A DNA stretch of 64,000 bases from Marsupella aquatica (Eukaryota > Plantae > Marchantiophyta). Positions 35,675 through 48,433 of the stretch are shown here, in pieces (position 1 is the first letter of the stretch; every line of letters starts with the position of its first letter). The notes below the pieces were generated by a model. The model did not search any database and was not told the DNA's origin. It saw nothing but the letters and a program-made list of their open reading frames with translations. Where the stretch lies: the NCBI GenBank assembly GCA_973895155.1, contig OZ316894.1, positions 1,402,953-1,466,952 of the forward strand, given 5' to 3'. The position numbers and the translations under genes were made by a program.

Positions 35675-38600
35675 ATGTAAGTCGTTGTGAGATGATGAAC
35701 GCAGATGCACGAAATCAGCTTGATCATTTCAATCCCCGGACACATATGAGGCCCAGTGTTGAATGGAATGTAAGTGTATGGTTTCAAAGGCAGCTGCAGA
35801 AGTTTCCCAATCGAAGGAGGTCAATGTACATTTCAATCGAAGGAAGTCTTCAGGTCAGGTGCACCAATGAATTCATTTGGGAAAACAAGTTATAAAATCT
35901 TTGACTCAAATCCTGACTGAGGAGGAAGGCAGTCCAGTACTCACATCGAATCGATCGGGGTTGAAATTAAGATCGGGATAATTGGCAGGATCCGTGTGAA
36001 TGAAATTGGTCAGCGGAGCGACGCTCCAACCCTTTGGTATTAGCTGACCTGCATGATGGATAGACTTTATTATCGATCATAACCGATAGCTACTACATGT
36101 CTGTTCGAAGAATCAGCTTAGATTTCTTGCGAAGCTTGTGCTGGAACAGACCCTTAGAGTTACAATAATCTACGTACTGTACCTACATCAAATCCGAACG
36201 TATGCACAATCTAAAGCTGGCGAATTTGCCGGCAGGGTGCGTGGACATTCAAGCTCTATTCATTCGCAATCCCATTCAAGAACCAGACGCGGAGCTGTTG
36301 CAACGGTAGGGTTGCACAATAATTTAACAATCTGGAAACTCAGATCACTCACCTTCAAACTTCACGTCTTCGATTGCCTCTCTAAAAACAACAGGGACGA
36401 GTGAAAGACTTCTCTGGACTTCATGAAAAAACTGCATCATTCCGGTATTTGAGAATTAATTAAGTAGGTCACCAATCGCGTGAAATTTCTAGCATTGTCG
36501 ACAACTCTGCATCTAATTATATGTAGGATTAATGCAGCGGAATTCACCTGCCTACCAGGTTGGAACATCTGCAAGTATGAAGCCGCTTTATAAATAAATT
36601 CATATTAGACTAGTGTCCGTTACAATCCACTCGGGAATCCACTTCGTTTGGATGTCCAGGGATAATCATGCATGTTACCTTGTGAGTGTAGACCATTTTC
36701 CTCGTATCGTCCCACGTAAGCCTGGGCCCTTCGACGGAGGGGTCTTTGTTTCTGAGAATCTCCTGGTGCTCAGCCTGCTCACATGGTATGAGGGTTAGTA
36801 CTGTCAGTAGACGACCTCATTAGAATGGACCACATAAAAGCTGAGAACCACATTCCTCGTCGAGAGGCTGGGCTGTCTGTCAAAGGTGAGACACATACAA
36901 TTGAGTAATGACAATACGGTGATATAGGGTGCTGGCATAATTTTATGGCGTTCAAAATTTTGCTACCAATTCAAGCTTCGGACCTCCAGGAATTCCGAAC
37001 AGCGATGCCGGATTCAAACCGGGAACCAAAGCATGTTCAGTACCTGGCAACGGCGAAAGACCTCCGGATAGTCGATCAGATACTTAAGGACCCATACAAG
37101 AGTCGTCGAGGTAGTGTCATAAGCAGCGGCGTTCATCAAAAACATATTATCGGCAAGCGTGGGATCATCGAGATGTTTCAGCTCTTCTAGCCCTTCATTC
37201 ATCCCGAGCTCCCAATACAGCTTCGAAGAAACCTCCCTTGGAAGTCTTTTGGCCCTTCGTCCGATCAATGAGAGTTCTCATGTATGCGATGAAAATTGCA
37301 CGTGCCTGATCAAGAAAAATGGGAATCAGTCAACACATTCAAATGCACAGATGTGATTTGTTCTCATCCAAAATAATCATTCTCAACCTCACTTTTGTAT
37401 ATATACTTCCCGGAATGGTTTGAGATTTGACAAGTCTTCATTACTGAAATCTATCCACCTGTATCTGACTTAACCGTCAGTTCGCCAAGCAATGTTCAAG
37501 AGCCTAATTAAAGGGATAATCTCAATTTCGAGTGCAAACTTCGCCTTCAGTTCTCGGAACAGTGTTCAAATAGCCTTGGGCAAGATTCAATTTCAATTCC
37601 AAACTGCTGGCCAGACTTTCGACAGTTTGCGTACCTTCATGCCTTTGCTATAAGTCGTTCCTGGAAGTTTCAGTGGCATCGCTCCGATCGTCTGCACGAT
37701 CTTCTTAAAGTTTTCAAAATTCTTCTTTCCTTCTGGTGAGTTACTTCCGTTTGTATCTCCGAATAGAAACCAACTGCTGATATCCCACGTAATCTGGCTT
37801 CCAATCATTCACCAGTCATTTACGTGGGATCAGTACTCACACATCACCACCGAAGTTAATTTTCAACAATGTTAAGAGAATAGAATGAAGACAGAAGAAT
37901 TAATTAAGATTACCGCAGACGAGCAAGAAGAAAATCGCACAGAAAGTACTAGGTACTTGAAGAAGAAGACGGATGCGCTGAAGACAACGAAAATGAATTG
38001 ATCGAACTGAGTGATGAAAGAAAGAATGTTTAGAAAGGAAAATAAACGGCCCACCTTTTGCATTGCATCGATTCCATCAACAGTCCCGGCGCCCACCCAC
38101 GAGGCCATGTTTTCGAGAGTAATGCTCTCAAAGTTATGGACCTGATGCCGGAGACTATCTGGACCTACAGATTTGAGGACCACCTTCTTGACAGACATAT
38201 GAGGTGGACCGTCCCGTAGCATAAATGTGTCGGGTCCTACTGTTTGCTTGAAGCTTTCGGGGTATGACCGTGTGAAGAGGTGGGGGCTTGTACTGACGAA
38301 TTTGGCGAACTCCGGAGTTGTTCCACATATCGTTGGCCGTTTAACTATGTTCGTTTTAAACATACTTCCATACCTGTAGTGATCAACCCACAACTTTCAG
38401 TAATTGTGTTAAGCGCTGAGATCCCAACCATTCAAAGCTAACATCTCGGGCACATACATATGTCGCTTAGATATTTCAGAGTAGTTTCTAAACGGGGATG
38501 TGCTACCTACACAAGGACATTGCCCACCAAAATTCTTTCCTTCAATTTCACTAGCTAGTGAATTGGAAGTTTTCTCCTGAACGAAAGAGAGTGCGTGACA

Positions 38601-39081
38601 AGCTACAAAGCAAGATGCCTAAGGTACACAATGACTGTAGCTAGTAATACTTGAGTTGCTTGCCCTCCCTGAGTTCCCATTACCATTCTAGGCAAGACGA
38701 GATCCATTGTGATGGAACATCTTCGATCAGCGGCCAAGCTGAGATCATTACTGAATTCATGAACAACAGATTACTTGCAGAAGCCAATTCAAGATCATGA
38801 CTCTTCAATTCATGAATAACAGATTACCTCCTGACGCGAGAATGAGCAAATTCTTTTGGATCACGGACAAAGTCGAGTGTTTCCCCAATGACAGGCCAGC
38901 CCATCGAGCCTTTGGGCAGCACGGCATCGGGCCTTCGTAACGAGTATAGAGTGTATAATCGCTGCGCCCATAGCAGAATAGCTCCGCCCAGCACCACGGC
39001 CAGTACTACCGATAATGTCGACAGCCCTGAGTCCCTCATCTCTGTGTATCTCAAGAATGGGGACAGCATTGACTCACCCAT
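35675..39081 (-). pseudogene. Cytochrome P450, CYP85-clan-like, with a 4-bp frameshift; exons 39081-38828, 38373-38055, 37793-37635, 37305-37044, 36774-36679, 36431-36353, 36048-35945, 35793-35675; last exon unresolved
   Basis: LPKGSMGWPVIGETL, AAYDTT I-helix, EVQR (ExxR), IPKGW, FNPDRF and heme motif FNTGPHMCPG, with GT-AG junctions. A TTCA duplication at 37194-37201 breaks exon 4. Confidence 0.85.
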
Positions 39082-39563
39082 CTCTCTGACTCTCTAAAGC
39101 TGGAGAGCTTAATTAGATCACTGAGATGTGTCTGCAATCTTTCAATCCACAGTTCTCACAGCTTGCACGGGCTCTGGAAGCACAGGTATCGTTGAAACAA
39201 AAAAAATCGTGTGCTCTTCTTCGTTCAGATTTGAGACATATATATTGTTTTCAATGCTGTTCGTCCCCACCTCCGTGTGCAATCCATTTCTGTCAGGTCA
39301 TTGGTTGCCCGATGGGTTGTTGAGAGTCAACTTGAATAGCGAATGCACGGAGTTGAAAGCAAACCCAGTCAAGGTGGAGACTGCACTGGCCACCACAACA
39401 TAGTATCAGGATAATACAAGGAAGGAGGCAATGAAGTTGGTCAAGCTAACAAGAATTACAAAGCTGCGTTATCCCACATACTGTTTCATTGTTATAACAC
39501 GTGATAAGATTTTCTCCCATTTGCTTGGTGGTTTCGGGTTACCAAGTCGTGAAATAGGTGCAG

Positions 39564-39600
39564 AGGGATATAACTCAGTGGTAGAGTGTCACTTTGACGT
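39564..39600 (+). pseudogene. trnV-GAC: 5' half of plastid-type tRNA-Val(GAC), probable NUPT fragment
   Basis: AGGGATATAACTCAGTGGTAGAGTGTCACTTTGACGT closely matches the recalled chloroplast trnV-GAC 5' half; T-arm and acceptor 3' strand are absent. Confidence 0.7.
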
Positions 39601-42600
39601 TGCTTTTTCCAATAAACGATGGTTACATCCCGCATTTGATTACTCACGGCCTTCCAAGAGTGTAGGTTGCACTTTAGAGGGCTCACGCTCGGGCTCACGC
39701 TTTCACCATTCTTTGTAGAGCCAAGGCAGATTGTTTTAAGACCTCTAGACAGATTCCCTTCTGTGACTCTCCTATGTGACCTCTAGACAGATTCCCTTTT
39801 GTGACTCTCCTATGTGATTTACTCTCTACTAGGTTTTTCAGTTTTCCAGGTTTAAGTTCTTTGCTTCAGAGTGTCCAGACTTTTAGTTGCTGTGGGTACC
39901 CCTTGGCTTGTTGGGCCTTGTAGTAGTAACATCACCTTGAAGGGGTAAGTCCCTGATTTTGTAGTCCAGGATAAACTTAGCATCGCAAAAAGTCCAACCA
40001 AGCCATCAACTCGATCAATCATTGAGGCAAGACTGGGTTCCTATATTTATTGTACTGAATGATTTAGTTACGGTTAACTACACAAAGAAACTAACTGAGA
40101 AAATTAAGTAACATAAAAGTCAACCCACCACTTTTTCTAAAGAGATTTCTCACTAACCGAAGAAATTAACTGAGAAAATAAATAACATAATAGTCAACCT
40201 ACCACTGTTTCTAACGGGATTTACAAGCTACAAATTCTAACGAAACAAATGACATGTGGGGAAAGGCCACGAGCCAGGAGGAGCGTCCAAGTGTGACTTT
40301 GTCCCTCTACTTTTTGTTCCTGGTGGAGTCTCTCTTCTGGACTTGCTCTGTGGACCATTTTGTTTGACCAGAGTCAGAAAGCCATTTTTGTTTGGCCATA
40401 GTCCGGGACTGTTTGAGTCCTAGGTGTGACTGTTCCTGTAGCTCCAACAAGCACCTAAGTGAAAGGCTGAACCCAATGGTGACTCCTATACCCTTTACTC
40501 CGAGTAAAGCTCTACCAGGCTTTTCTGTTCGTTGTCCATTACTATGCTGTTACTCTTCTAGGCCACTTAGTGGGACCTTTGGTCTTTTCCTTTTTGGCTA
40601 CTTAGTGGCACCTTTGTTTTTGGGTTCCATTTTGGCCACTTAGTGACACCTTTGGTTTTTTGGTTCCTTCTTAGTTGCGAGACTCCTTTTTCTTGTTGTA
40701 CCTCTTTGGTCTTGGGGCCGTTCCCTTCCTTCTCCCTCCTTTTATTGGGTTGCTTTGCCTAAAGGATCCCTGCCTCCCAGTTTGGCGTTTGTATCCTTTT
40801 GCACTGCTAAAAATATATATAACTGAACCCATTGGTTCTTAATTCTTTGGAATAAAGGTCTCCAAACTTGATAGTGGCTTCTCTGTTGAATAATATGGTT
40901 TGTTGGGTTCTGGTCCTCTCTGAAATTTTTTCTGGGTCCAATCTTTTAAGGGGAAGCTTCCTTTTTGAGGCTACACAACTACCAACTAGGATGGAAACAC
41001 CCCTGGAATCAGAGTTGGTAGAGAGAACTTTAGCAAGTTAGTTATTTTCCTTGAACATCCATACTTCATACATATCAGTGCCAAAGAACAAAAAGCACCA
41101 TACGAGGAGATCATAGGATCCCAAACTAAGGCAATCAGCCCACTAAGGGGCGGCGGCGGGTGGGGAATGCCCAAGAGCCACCAAGCCCTAGCTAGTGAGC
41201 CACAAACTGAAAAACCTGGTAGAGCTTTGTGACGGGCTTTGTGACAAGTGCATCAGAGGGTTGCAAAGAGGGATTTGATTAGATCCTCGGGCCAACACTC
41301 TTAGTAAAATAATTACACCTCCCTGCAATCTGCCCCCTGGCCCACTTTTTAACATTTTCTTAAATATTTCTCATGTCACTTTTTTCCTTACCGTTGTTCA
41401 ATTTCCCTTATCCTTGTTTGATTATAATAATATTGCATACTAAGTGGATTGCTCCACTTTAAGCAACCTTCCCAAAATCGTAATAAAAAGGTTTTACGAC
41501 TGTCTTACCTAAATAGACAAGCAAAAAACATTCTTTTTAATATCTAAAAGTGAGAGGATCCCCCAAAAGGAAATAAAGTAGCTTATCTGAGAGTGGGTTC
41601 CACTTAAAAAGATTCCCATGCTGACAGGAGTAAGTAATCATTCCTTTAGCGCGTTGAGATCATTTTTCCTACACCACTTTAGCAAGAATAAATTAGTTTT
41701 GGGCCACTTGGTACATGTGCCCTCTCCTCACGCGTCATGGCCATACAAAAGTGTTGGCCAGGCCACTTTTGAAACCCTCAAAGCAGTTGAAAGGGGAGAT
41801 GCTAACATTATTGTGAAGACTTTCTTTGCCTTACTCATGGGAAGAAGTACCAACTGAAGTCACCTAAGTATGAGCTTTGAAATTCAGGTCTACAATTCTG
41901 GGTCAAGATTGTAATATAGGGTCAAGCGAGTTACTTAAGGCTTTAATTAATCACAAGACAAAGAGCTTTAAAAGTGAAGGAACGATCTTGGGTCAAGGCT
42001 TCAAATAATTGCAAGACAAGGTTACTTTGACAAGGAAGTCAATCACGTGTACCCTCTTTTTTTGGTTTCACCATGGGTATTCCCAAATAGAAAGTAACTA
42101 CTGTAGCTTGCCTTGTAGTGCTTTCAACTCACAAGGATTCACATGTTGAGAAGATTTGAGGGTTGACACCATTTTTTCTCAACCAACTTAAAGCAAGAAT
42201 AAAGTGCCTTCTCCTCACTGGTCATGGACTTACCAAGTGTTGGCCCCACTTCTCAAGCCCTCTTACTAGTTAAAGGGGAGAGGTTGACCTAGTCACATCC
42301 CGTCACTCAGGGAGCTTGAAAGTCAAGTAGTGAATCCTGGGTCAAGACTACAATCAAGGGTCAAGAGGATCAGACATTGAATTAATTATAGGACAATTAG
42401 TTCAAGAACCCCTTGCTTATATAAACTGGTTTAATTGAACTATTTGGGGCCATGCATGAAGAGTTGCACATTGGAATGGATAGATGAGAGGACAAAGATT
42501 AAATGGAGTATTTTAAATGAAGTGAATGCTAAAGGTACTTAGGACAATTTCATTGAAGACAAAGGGGTACATTCATGGTAATGCGAGGGTAATTCTCCAT

Positions 42601-43092
42601 GCAATTTAACGTTTCCCTTAGTACCTCTATGTCTATACAATACACACGGAACATTCCATATTAATAGTTCATGCAAAATATTACTTTGTCCATTGTAGTT
42701 GAAAGGTCTTATCTAGAGTCCAGGCCGTAGGTATTCCTCTACCCATCGTCCTGCCCATGGTAGTCATGGTGTTTCTTACCTTTGCTTTTAACTCCTCTAT
42801 CCATAGTAGCCAAAGTGTTTCTTAGGTTACCTTGTTGAATGTTAGAGAAGTTGAAGAGTTTCTTGGGTTTCTTATGTTACCTCGGTAAAATGTTAGAGTA
42901 TGTAGTTGAAGAGTTTCATTTTACAAATTTGTAAATTAAATAAAAAATTGAAGCAGATTACCAGAAAACACTGATATATCAATCACAATTCATCCAAAGA
43001 TTATTATTTGCACCCCTATTTTACCCCTGTCTTTGTTTACTTCAAATATTACTTTTCAGTTTTTCATTGTTTTTACAGTTACAGGGTCTAAT

Positions 43093-43540
43093 TGTTTTTC
43101 TTTGCCTTGCCTCAAACACAAATAGCCAGACTTGGATCTTCTTGCATAACTAATGGTTCTTGTTTGTGACAAATCATGCTAATGTGGCTGCACGTGCATT
43201 CACGAATTTTGGAAGGAACTTCCCATGGGGGTCTGTAAAGGTTTTTCTTTGCCTTGCTTCAAACACAAATAGTCAGACTTGGATCTTCTTGCATAACTAA
43301 TGGTTTCTTGAATTGTTTGTGACAAATCATGCTAATGTGGCTGCACGTGCATCCAGGAATTTTGGAAGGAACTTCCCATGGGGGTCTGTAAAGGTTTTTC
43401 TTTGCCTTGCCTCAAACACAAATAGTCAGACTTGGATCTTCTTACATAACTAATGGTTCTTGTTTGTGACAAATCATGCTAATGTGGCTGGACGTGCATC
43501 CAGGAATTTTGGAAGGAACTTCCCATGCGGGTCTGTAAAG
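43093..43540. repeat. Tandem repeat, about 147-bp unit x3
   Basis: GTTTTTCTTTGCCTTGCCTCAAACACAAATAG...GGGGTCTGTAAAG occurs three times. Confidence 0.92.
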
Positions 43541-43847
43541 AGCTTTGAAACAGGCCGTCAATCTTGTATTAAGGCTTGAACTGAGGGTGAAGACTTTAAT
43601 AAATTACAAGTGATTGAAGGAGTTTGACAAGGCCATCAATCCTTGCCGGTAGTATGTTGGTGAATGAGAGTACTCATATTATCTTGTCCATTGAGATTGT
43701 TTTAATGTATTTTTGTTTCAATGTGCCTCAAATAAGGTGTATGGGTCTTTTGTACAATGGGAGCTATAAATTTGCTCAGCGTATTGTCTTTGCTAGTCCT
43801 GTCTTTCAATTCTTCATGGAAACTACTATAGCTACATTAGACTCCTT

Positions 43848-44405
43848 CCAATTCATAAATCAATCTCATCTCATTAATTTACCACTGTGGACAATCTATG
43901 GCTCAAAATATAGTGGTCCTATGAGGGGTATTTGTTCACTTAAGTGAATAGGACAAGTCTGCTGGTCACCCATGCAAATGAACATGTGCCGTAGTGATAG
44001 GGCCCCTTTTGTAGTGCAAAGGAAGGACTAACGACCAAGCCCTCGTGCACGTTCAGGACTTCATGAACATCAAAGATCTATTTAATACTTAACTAAGGCC
44101 AAAGTGATGATTGCACGTTTCCAATTCACCAATTCATAAATCAATCTCATCTCATTAATTTACCACTATGGACAATCTATGGCTCAAAATATAGTGGTCC
44201 TATGACGGGTTTTTGTTCACTTAAGTGAATAGGACAAGTCTGCTGGTCACCCATGCAAATGAACATGTGCCGTAGTGATAGGATAGGGCCCCTTTTGTAG
44301 TGCAAAGGAAGGACTAACGACCAAGCCCCTCGTGGACGTTCAGGACTTCATGAACATCAAAGATCTATTTAATACTTAACTAAGGCCAAAGTGATGATTG
44401 CACTT
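43848..44405. repeat. Tandem duplication, about 280-bp unit x2
   Basis: CCAATTCATAAATCAATCTCATC...GTGATGATTGCAC occurs twice, nearly identical. Confidence 0.92.
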
Positions 44406-45689
44406 TTCTTTAGTAATTTGTGATTTTAAAATGTATACAATACCCACTCCATTAGGTTTCAGAACTGGTCAAATCCATTCAATAGCCAATTCATGGCTTG
44501 CCAAACAAATGAGTTAAGAAAAGGGCACTAAACAGGGAAGCTGACCCATTTACTAAAAAATCAAACAAAGCCTCCAACAAACTTAGTACATTAACTCCTA
44601 TAATACACAGTTGCGCCACTTTTTAGACTAAGACAGCGGTCGTCATTCATTCAAATTTTCAGGGCACCAAAATTTAAAAATATGGTCAAAGGTAAGTAAT
44701 AAAGCCAAAGTGTAAATTGAGTTTTATTACTGTGACTCACAAAAAGTTGCACCATCGTCCAAGACAAGCAAGAAATAATCACACAAGACATCAAAACATT
44801 GAAAGATTTTAACACAATGATGAGTATCAATGCACGAGGATAAAGGTCATGATCCATGCAAATGCAAATAAGTATTGTACATGTTCAATATTGTGTGCAG
44901 CATAGTCCTGTATAATACTGGCAAGTGGAGTTTAATTGCTAATAATATTTTAGGCACTAGATCAATAAAAAAAGCTTCTCCCAATATTTGTGGTGAGTTT
45001 GACAGTCATTTGCAATGTCATTTTCAATGCCAAAAAACAAAGTAATAAGGCCCAAAGACATAGTGAAGCGCATGACATGGGCGTTGATCGCAAGGTGTCG
45101 GGCAAGGGGCACACTTGCAATGTAGGGCAGCCCCTTGAAGGGCTCCAGTCTCGCATGGGTGGGGAGGGGGGGGTGCGACGAGCAAGTGGAATGATGGTGA
45201 ATGAGAAAAAGAGAAGACCAAAAATAGGGGAATGGGAAAAAAAGGGAGGTTAAGGTTCAAAAGGAACATAAGAGAAAAAATGGTTAAAAAGGAAGGGAAA
45301 AAAAGGGAAAAAACTTATCATTTTGTTATACTTTTGTGGTGTCATAGCCAGTCTTTTGTGCAATGACATCTTTTATTCAAGAATTTTGTTTTGCAAGGAG
45401 AAAAAAATGGAAAGGGAACTTTTGTGGCTACCGTAACCAGTATTTTGCACAATGATATCTTTCACTCAACAAAAGTTTTTATGCAATAATACAGTTTATC
45501 AATTTTTATTTATTTAAATATTCAACGATATCTTTTGCACCACCATCTATTTTTATGCAGTGTAGGGGGATTGAAAGGATAGCGACAGAATGGTCATCTT
45601 TGCTAAGCCCTAAACCCTAACACCCTAAACCTGAAACCTATAATATAACATTGTGTCAATTTCTAGAGTGGTCGCCATTCAAATGCAGG

Positions 45690-46230
45690 GGCATTTTGGT
45701 AGAAAAACAAAACGGTAGGCATTTTGGGTAGAAAAAAAAAGACTGACTCCTTCTCTCCTTGACTTTTTATTTCATAACATTTTTCATATAACGACAACTT
45801 GGGTGAAACAACATTTTTTTTTATAACATCTTTTACTTTACAGTATCTTTGGCAAAATGACACCTTTTTCTTAACAACATCTTTCACATAATGACATCTT
45901 TGGCAAATGACTTTTGTATCTTTTTACTTCATGACATCTTTCACATAACAATATCTTGGGGCGACACACCATATTTTTTCTTAACAACATCTTGTGCAAC
46001 GCACGGGTATTTTCCCTCAACAATGTCTTTGCCGACACACCATCTTTTTTCTCAATGACGTCTTGGCTCACACAACATTTTTCTTCTCAACGACCTCTTG
46101 GCTGACACTACATCTCTTCTCTCCACAATCTCTTGGCCGACAGGACATGTTTTTTCTCAACAACTTCTTGGCCGACACAGCATCTTATTTTCTCAACGAC
46201 ATCTTGGCAGACACGACGTCTTTTGTGTAA
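45690..46230. repeat. Degenerate minisatellite (ACAACATCTT/GACATCTTGGC units), probably a DNA-transposon subterminal relic
   Basis: Recurrent 18-38-bp motifs; telo-box-like run at 45605-45640. Confidence 0.55.
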
Positions 46231-46701
46231 CGCATCCAGGGTATTGAGCTAGTAGCGAATAAGAGAAAAAGAGTTGAGAGAGTACAACACCAAAGTCAAA
46301 TAGAAGAGGGCGATGAGCTATGGTCCACTAAAGCCTCAAATTGGACTACATGACCACCACAAATTGCTCAGAACCTAAAAAACAATTTTTAGGCCCCACG
46401 AACGAAACAAAGAGAACAGTTTCTACGACAAATTTTAAAATTTTTTTTTGACTCGAAAGAACCAAATGAAAAGTTTCTACGACAATTCTTCCAAAGATGA
46501 AAATCTAATTGCTAACACAGTTGACATGAACTTTACAGTGAGCTGACATGAACTTTACAGTGAAGGCAAGTTTTGGATCCTGCTTGATTCGTCGCGAACT
46601 TCACAATCCAGAAGTTTGGACGATTAGGGGCGGCTTTAACTATTACAAACAGGTCCGTGTGCACGTCGTCGACTATGGCAGGTTAACTTTCACCTTCAAA
46701 G

Positions 46702-47598
46702 GAGATATATGCTTGATGGGCCCCCTGGTGAACCTTTCTTACCTGATGGGCCCCTAGGTAACTTTTTTTACCAAGTAGGACCCCTCTTAATGACCAGTAC
46801 ACCTGTTCTTGTGTGGTGCCTACACCTGTCCTTGTGTGGTGCCTACTATGTATGTTGACTCCAAGCAAACTGCACGTGCAGTCAACCTTGCATGGTCGAC
46901 CGAGAAACCACGGACTGAGATGATTCGGGAGAAACCGCGAAAAGCAACTGCCGTTGTCTAAACTGCGATTTGAAGACAATATGCATTATGTCTTCGGATT
47001 CACTGGGTTAATGCCTAAAAACACAATGGATTATGTCTTCGGGTTCAAATTTTTACCATATCGTGGGGTAGTTATTAGGTATGTTTTTCACATTGCGCAC
47101 ATGAGTTTTTCACGATGTTTTCATGCACGATTGTCATGGTCAGTGTGGGGTACCTCCAAATATCCACAAAGAATATTCAAGTTCAATTTCAAGTTCAAAA
47201 GAAGACAGACCCAAAGGTGTCGGGGTACACCCTAAACCCTAAACCTTGAAACACATGAAGACATAATCCATTGAGTCTTCAGGCATTAACCCATTGAATC
47301 CGAAGACATAATGCATATTGTCTTCAAATCATAGTTTCGACTGCGGCAATCATTTTCGCGGTTTCTCTCGAATCATCTCCGTGGTTTCTCGGTCGACCAT
47401 GCAAGGTTGACCGCACGGTTCAACTGTGCAGTTTGCTTGGAGTCACCATACATAGTAGGCACCACACAAGGACAGGTGTAGGCACCACACAAGAACAGGT
47501 GTACTGGTCATTAAGAGGGGTCCTACTTGGTAAAAAAAGTTACCTAGGGGCCCATCGGGTAAGAAAAGTTCACCAACGGCCTATCAAGCATATATCTC
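46702..47598. mobile_element. Non-autonomous Mutator-like element (MITE) with about 340-bp TIRs
   Basis: TIRs start GAGATATATGCTTGAT and end ATCAAGCATATATCTC; perfect 9-bp TSD CCTTCAAAG at 46693-46701 and 47599-47607. Confidence 0.9.
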
Positions 47599-48180
47599 CC
47601 TTCAAAGTCTTATGTCAGCTGAAGGAGAGACATGAATAAGGTGCAGGACTTGGCGAATGCCAGAACAGAGCGATAAGCGAGCTTTACGGTTTAGTTTGCT
47701 GGTCGGTCCGACGTTCTAAGGAGTGTTTTCGGTCATCCAAGAAGTCCTGAAAGCAAGAGACCAGGACAGAGCGGAGCTTGAAGAAATCGACACCTAAAAC
47801 AAAATCTTGAAGAATTGCTTTGTATCGGACTTGATACTTTAGAAAAGCTTAGATAGAGAACCGGATGACCACCGGGTGGCTCTTCCCTAGCTGCAACGAC
47901 GGTACGCCGAGACCTATCATTACAGTATAAGTCTGCAGTCTGTTGCATACGTAATCATCTCGATACCCGAAGTGGCCAGGTAGCAGCTCGCTTGATCTGC
48001 TGTAGTTTCTGTGGGCCGGGGTGTCTTGGTGTGCAAATCAACGGTGCGTTCAAGGAGTCCTTGCTCGAGGGTAATCTACCTGAAGCTTTTTTGCCTTGAA
48101 GTGACCGAAGGTAATCTAGCGGACGATATTTCCGTGAAATGTGATTCTGGAAAATTAAGGTTTTTGAGCTTTTGTTTCAG

Positions 48181-48433
48181 AAACTTCCGATGAAAACCCG
48201 AGATTAATGCTATTATGAAGAGCACGGAGCAGGGGGCTGCGACGACCGTTTGGGCGGCTGTGGGGAAGGAGTGGGAGGGGAAAGGAGGCAAGTATTTGGA
48301 GGATGTGCAGGTTAGCCTGCCGGTGAAGGAGGGGAGTGCGATCAGCGATCCTGGGTATGCAGAGCATGCTTACGACGAGGAGAAGGAGGATCACTTGTGG
48401 ACCGACTCATTAAAGATGGTCGGTTTGGCTTGA
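48181..48433 (+). pseudogene. C-terminal fragment of a WWOX/RDH-type short-chain dehydrogenase
   Basis: KSTEQGAATTVWAAV..EGKGGKYLED..AYDEE..LWTDSLKMV; no upstream TGxxxGxG or YxxxK exon recognised. Confidence 0.7.
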
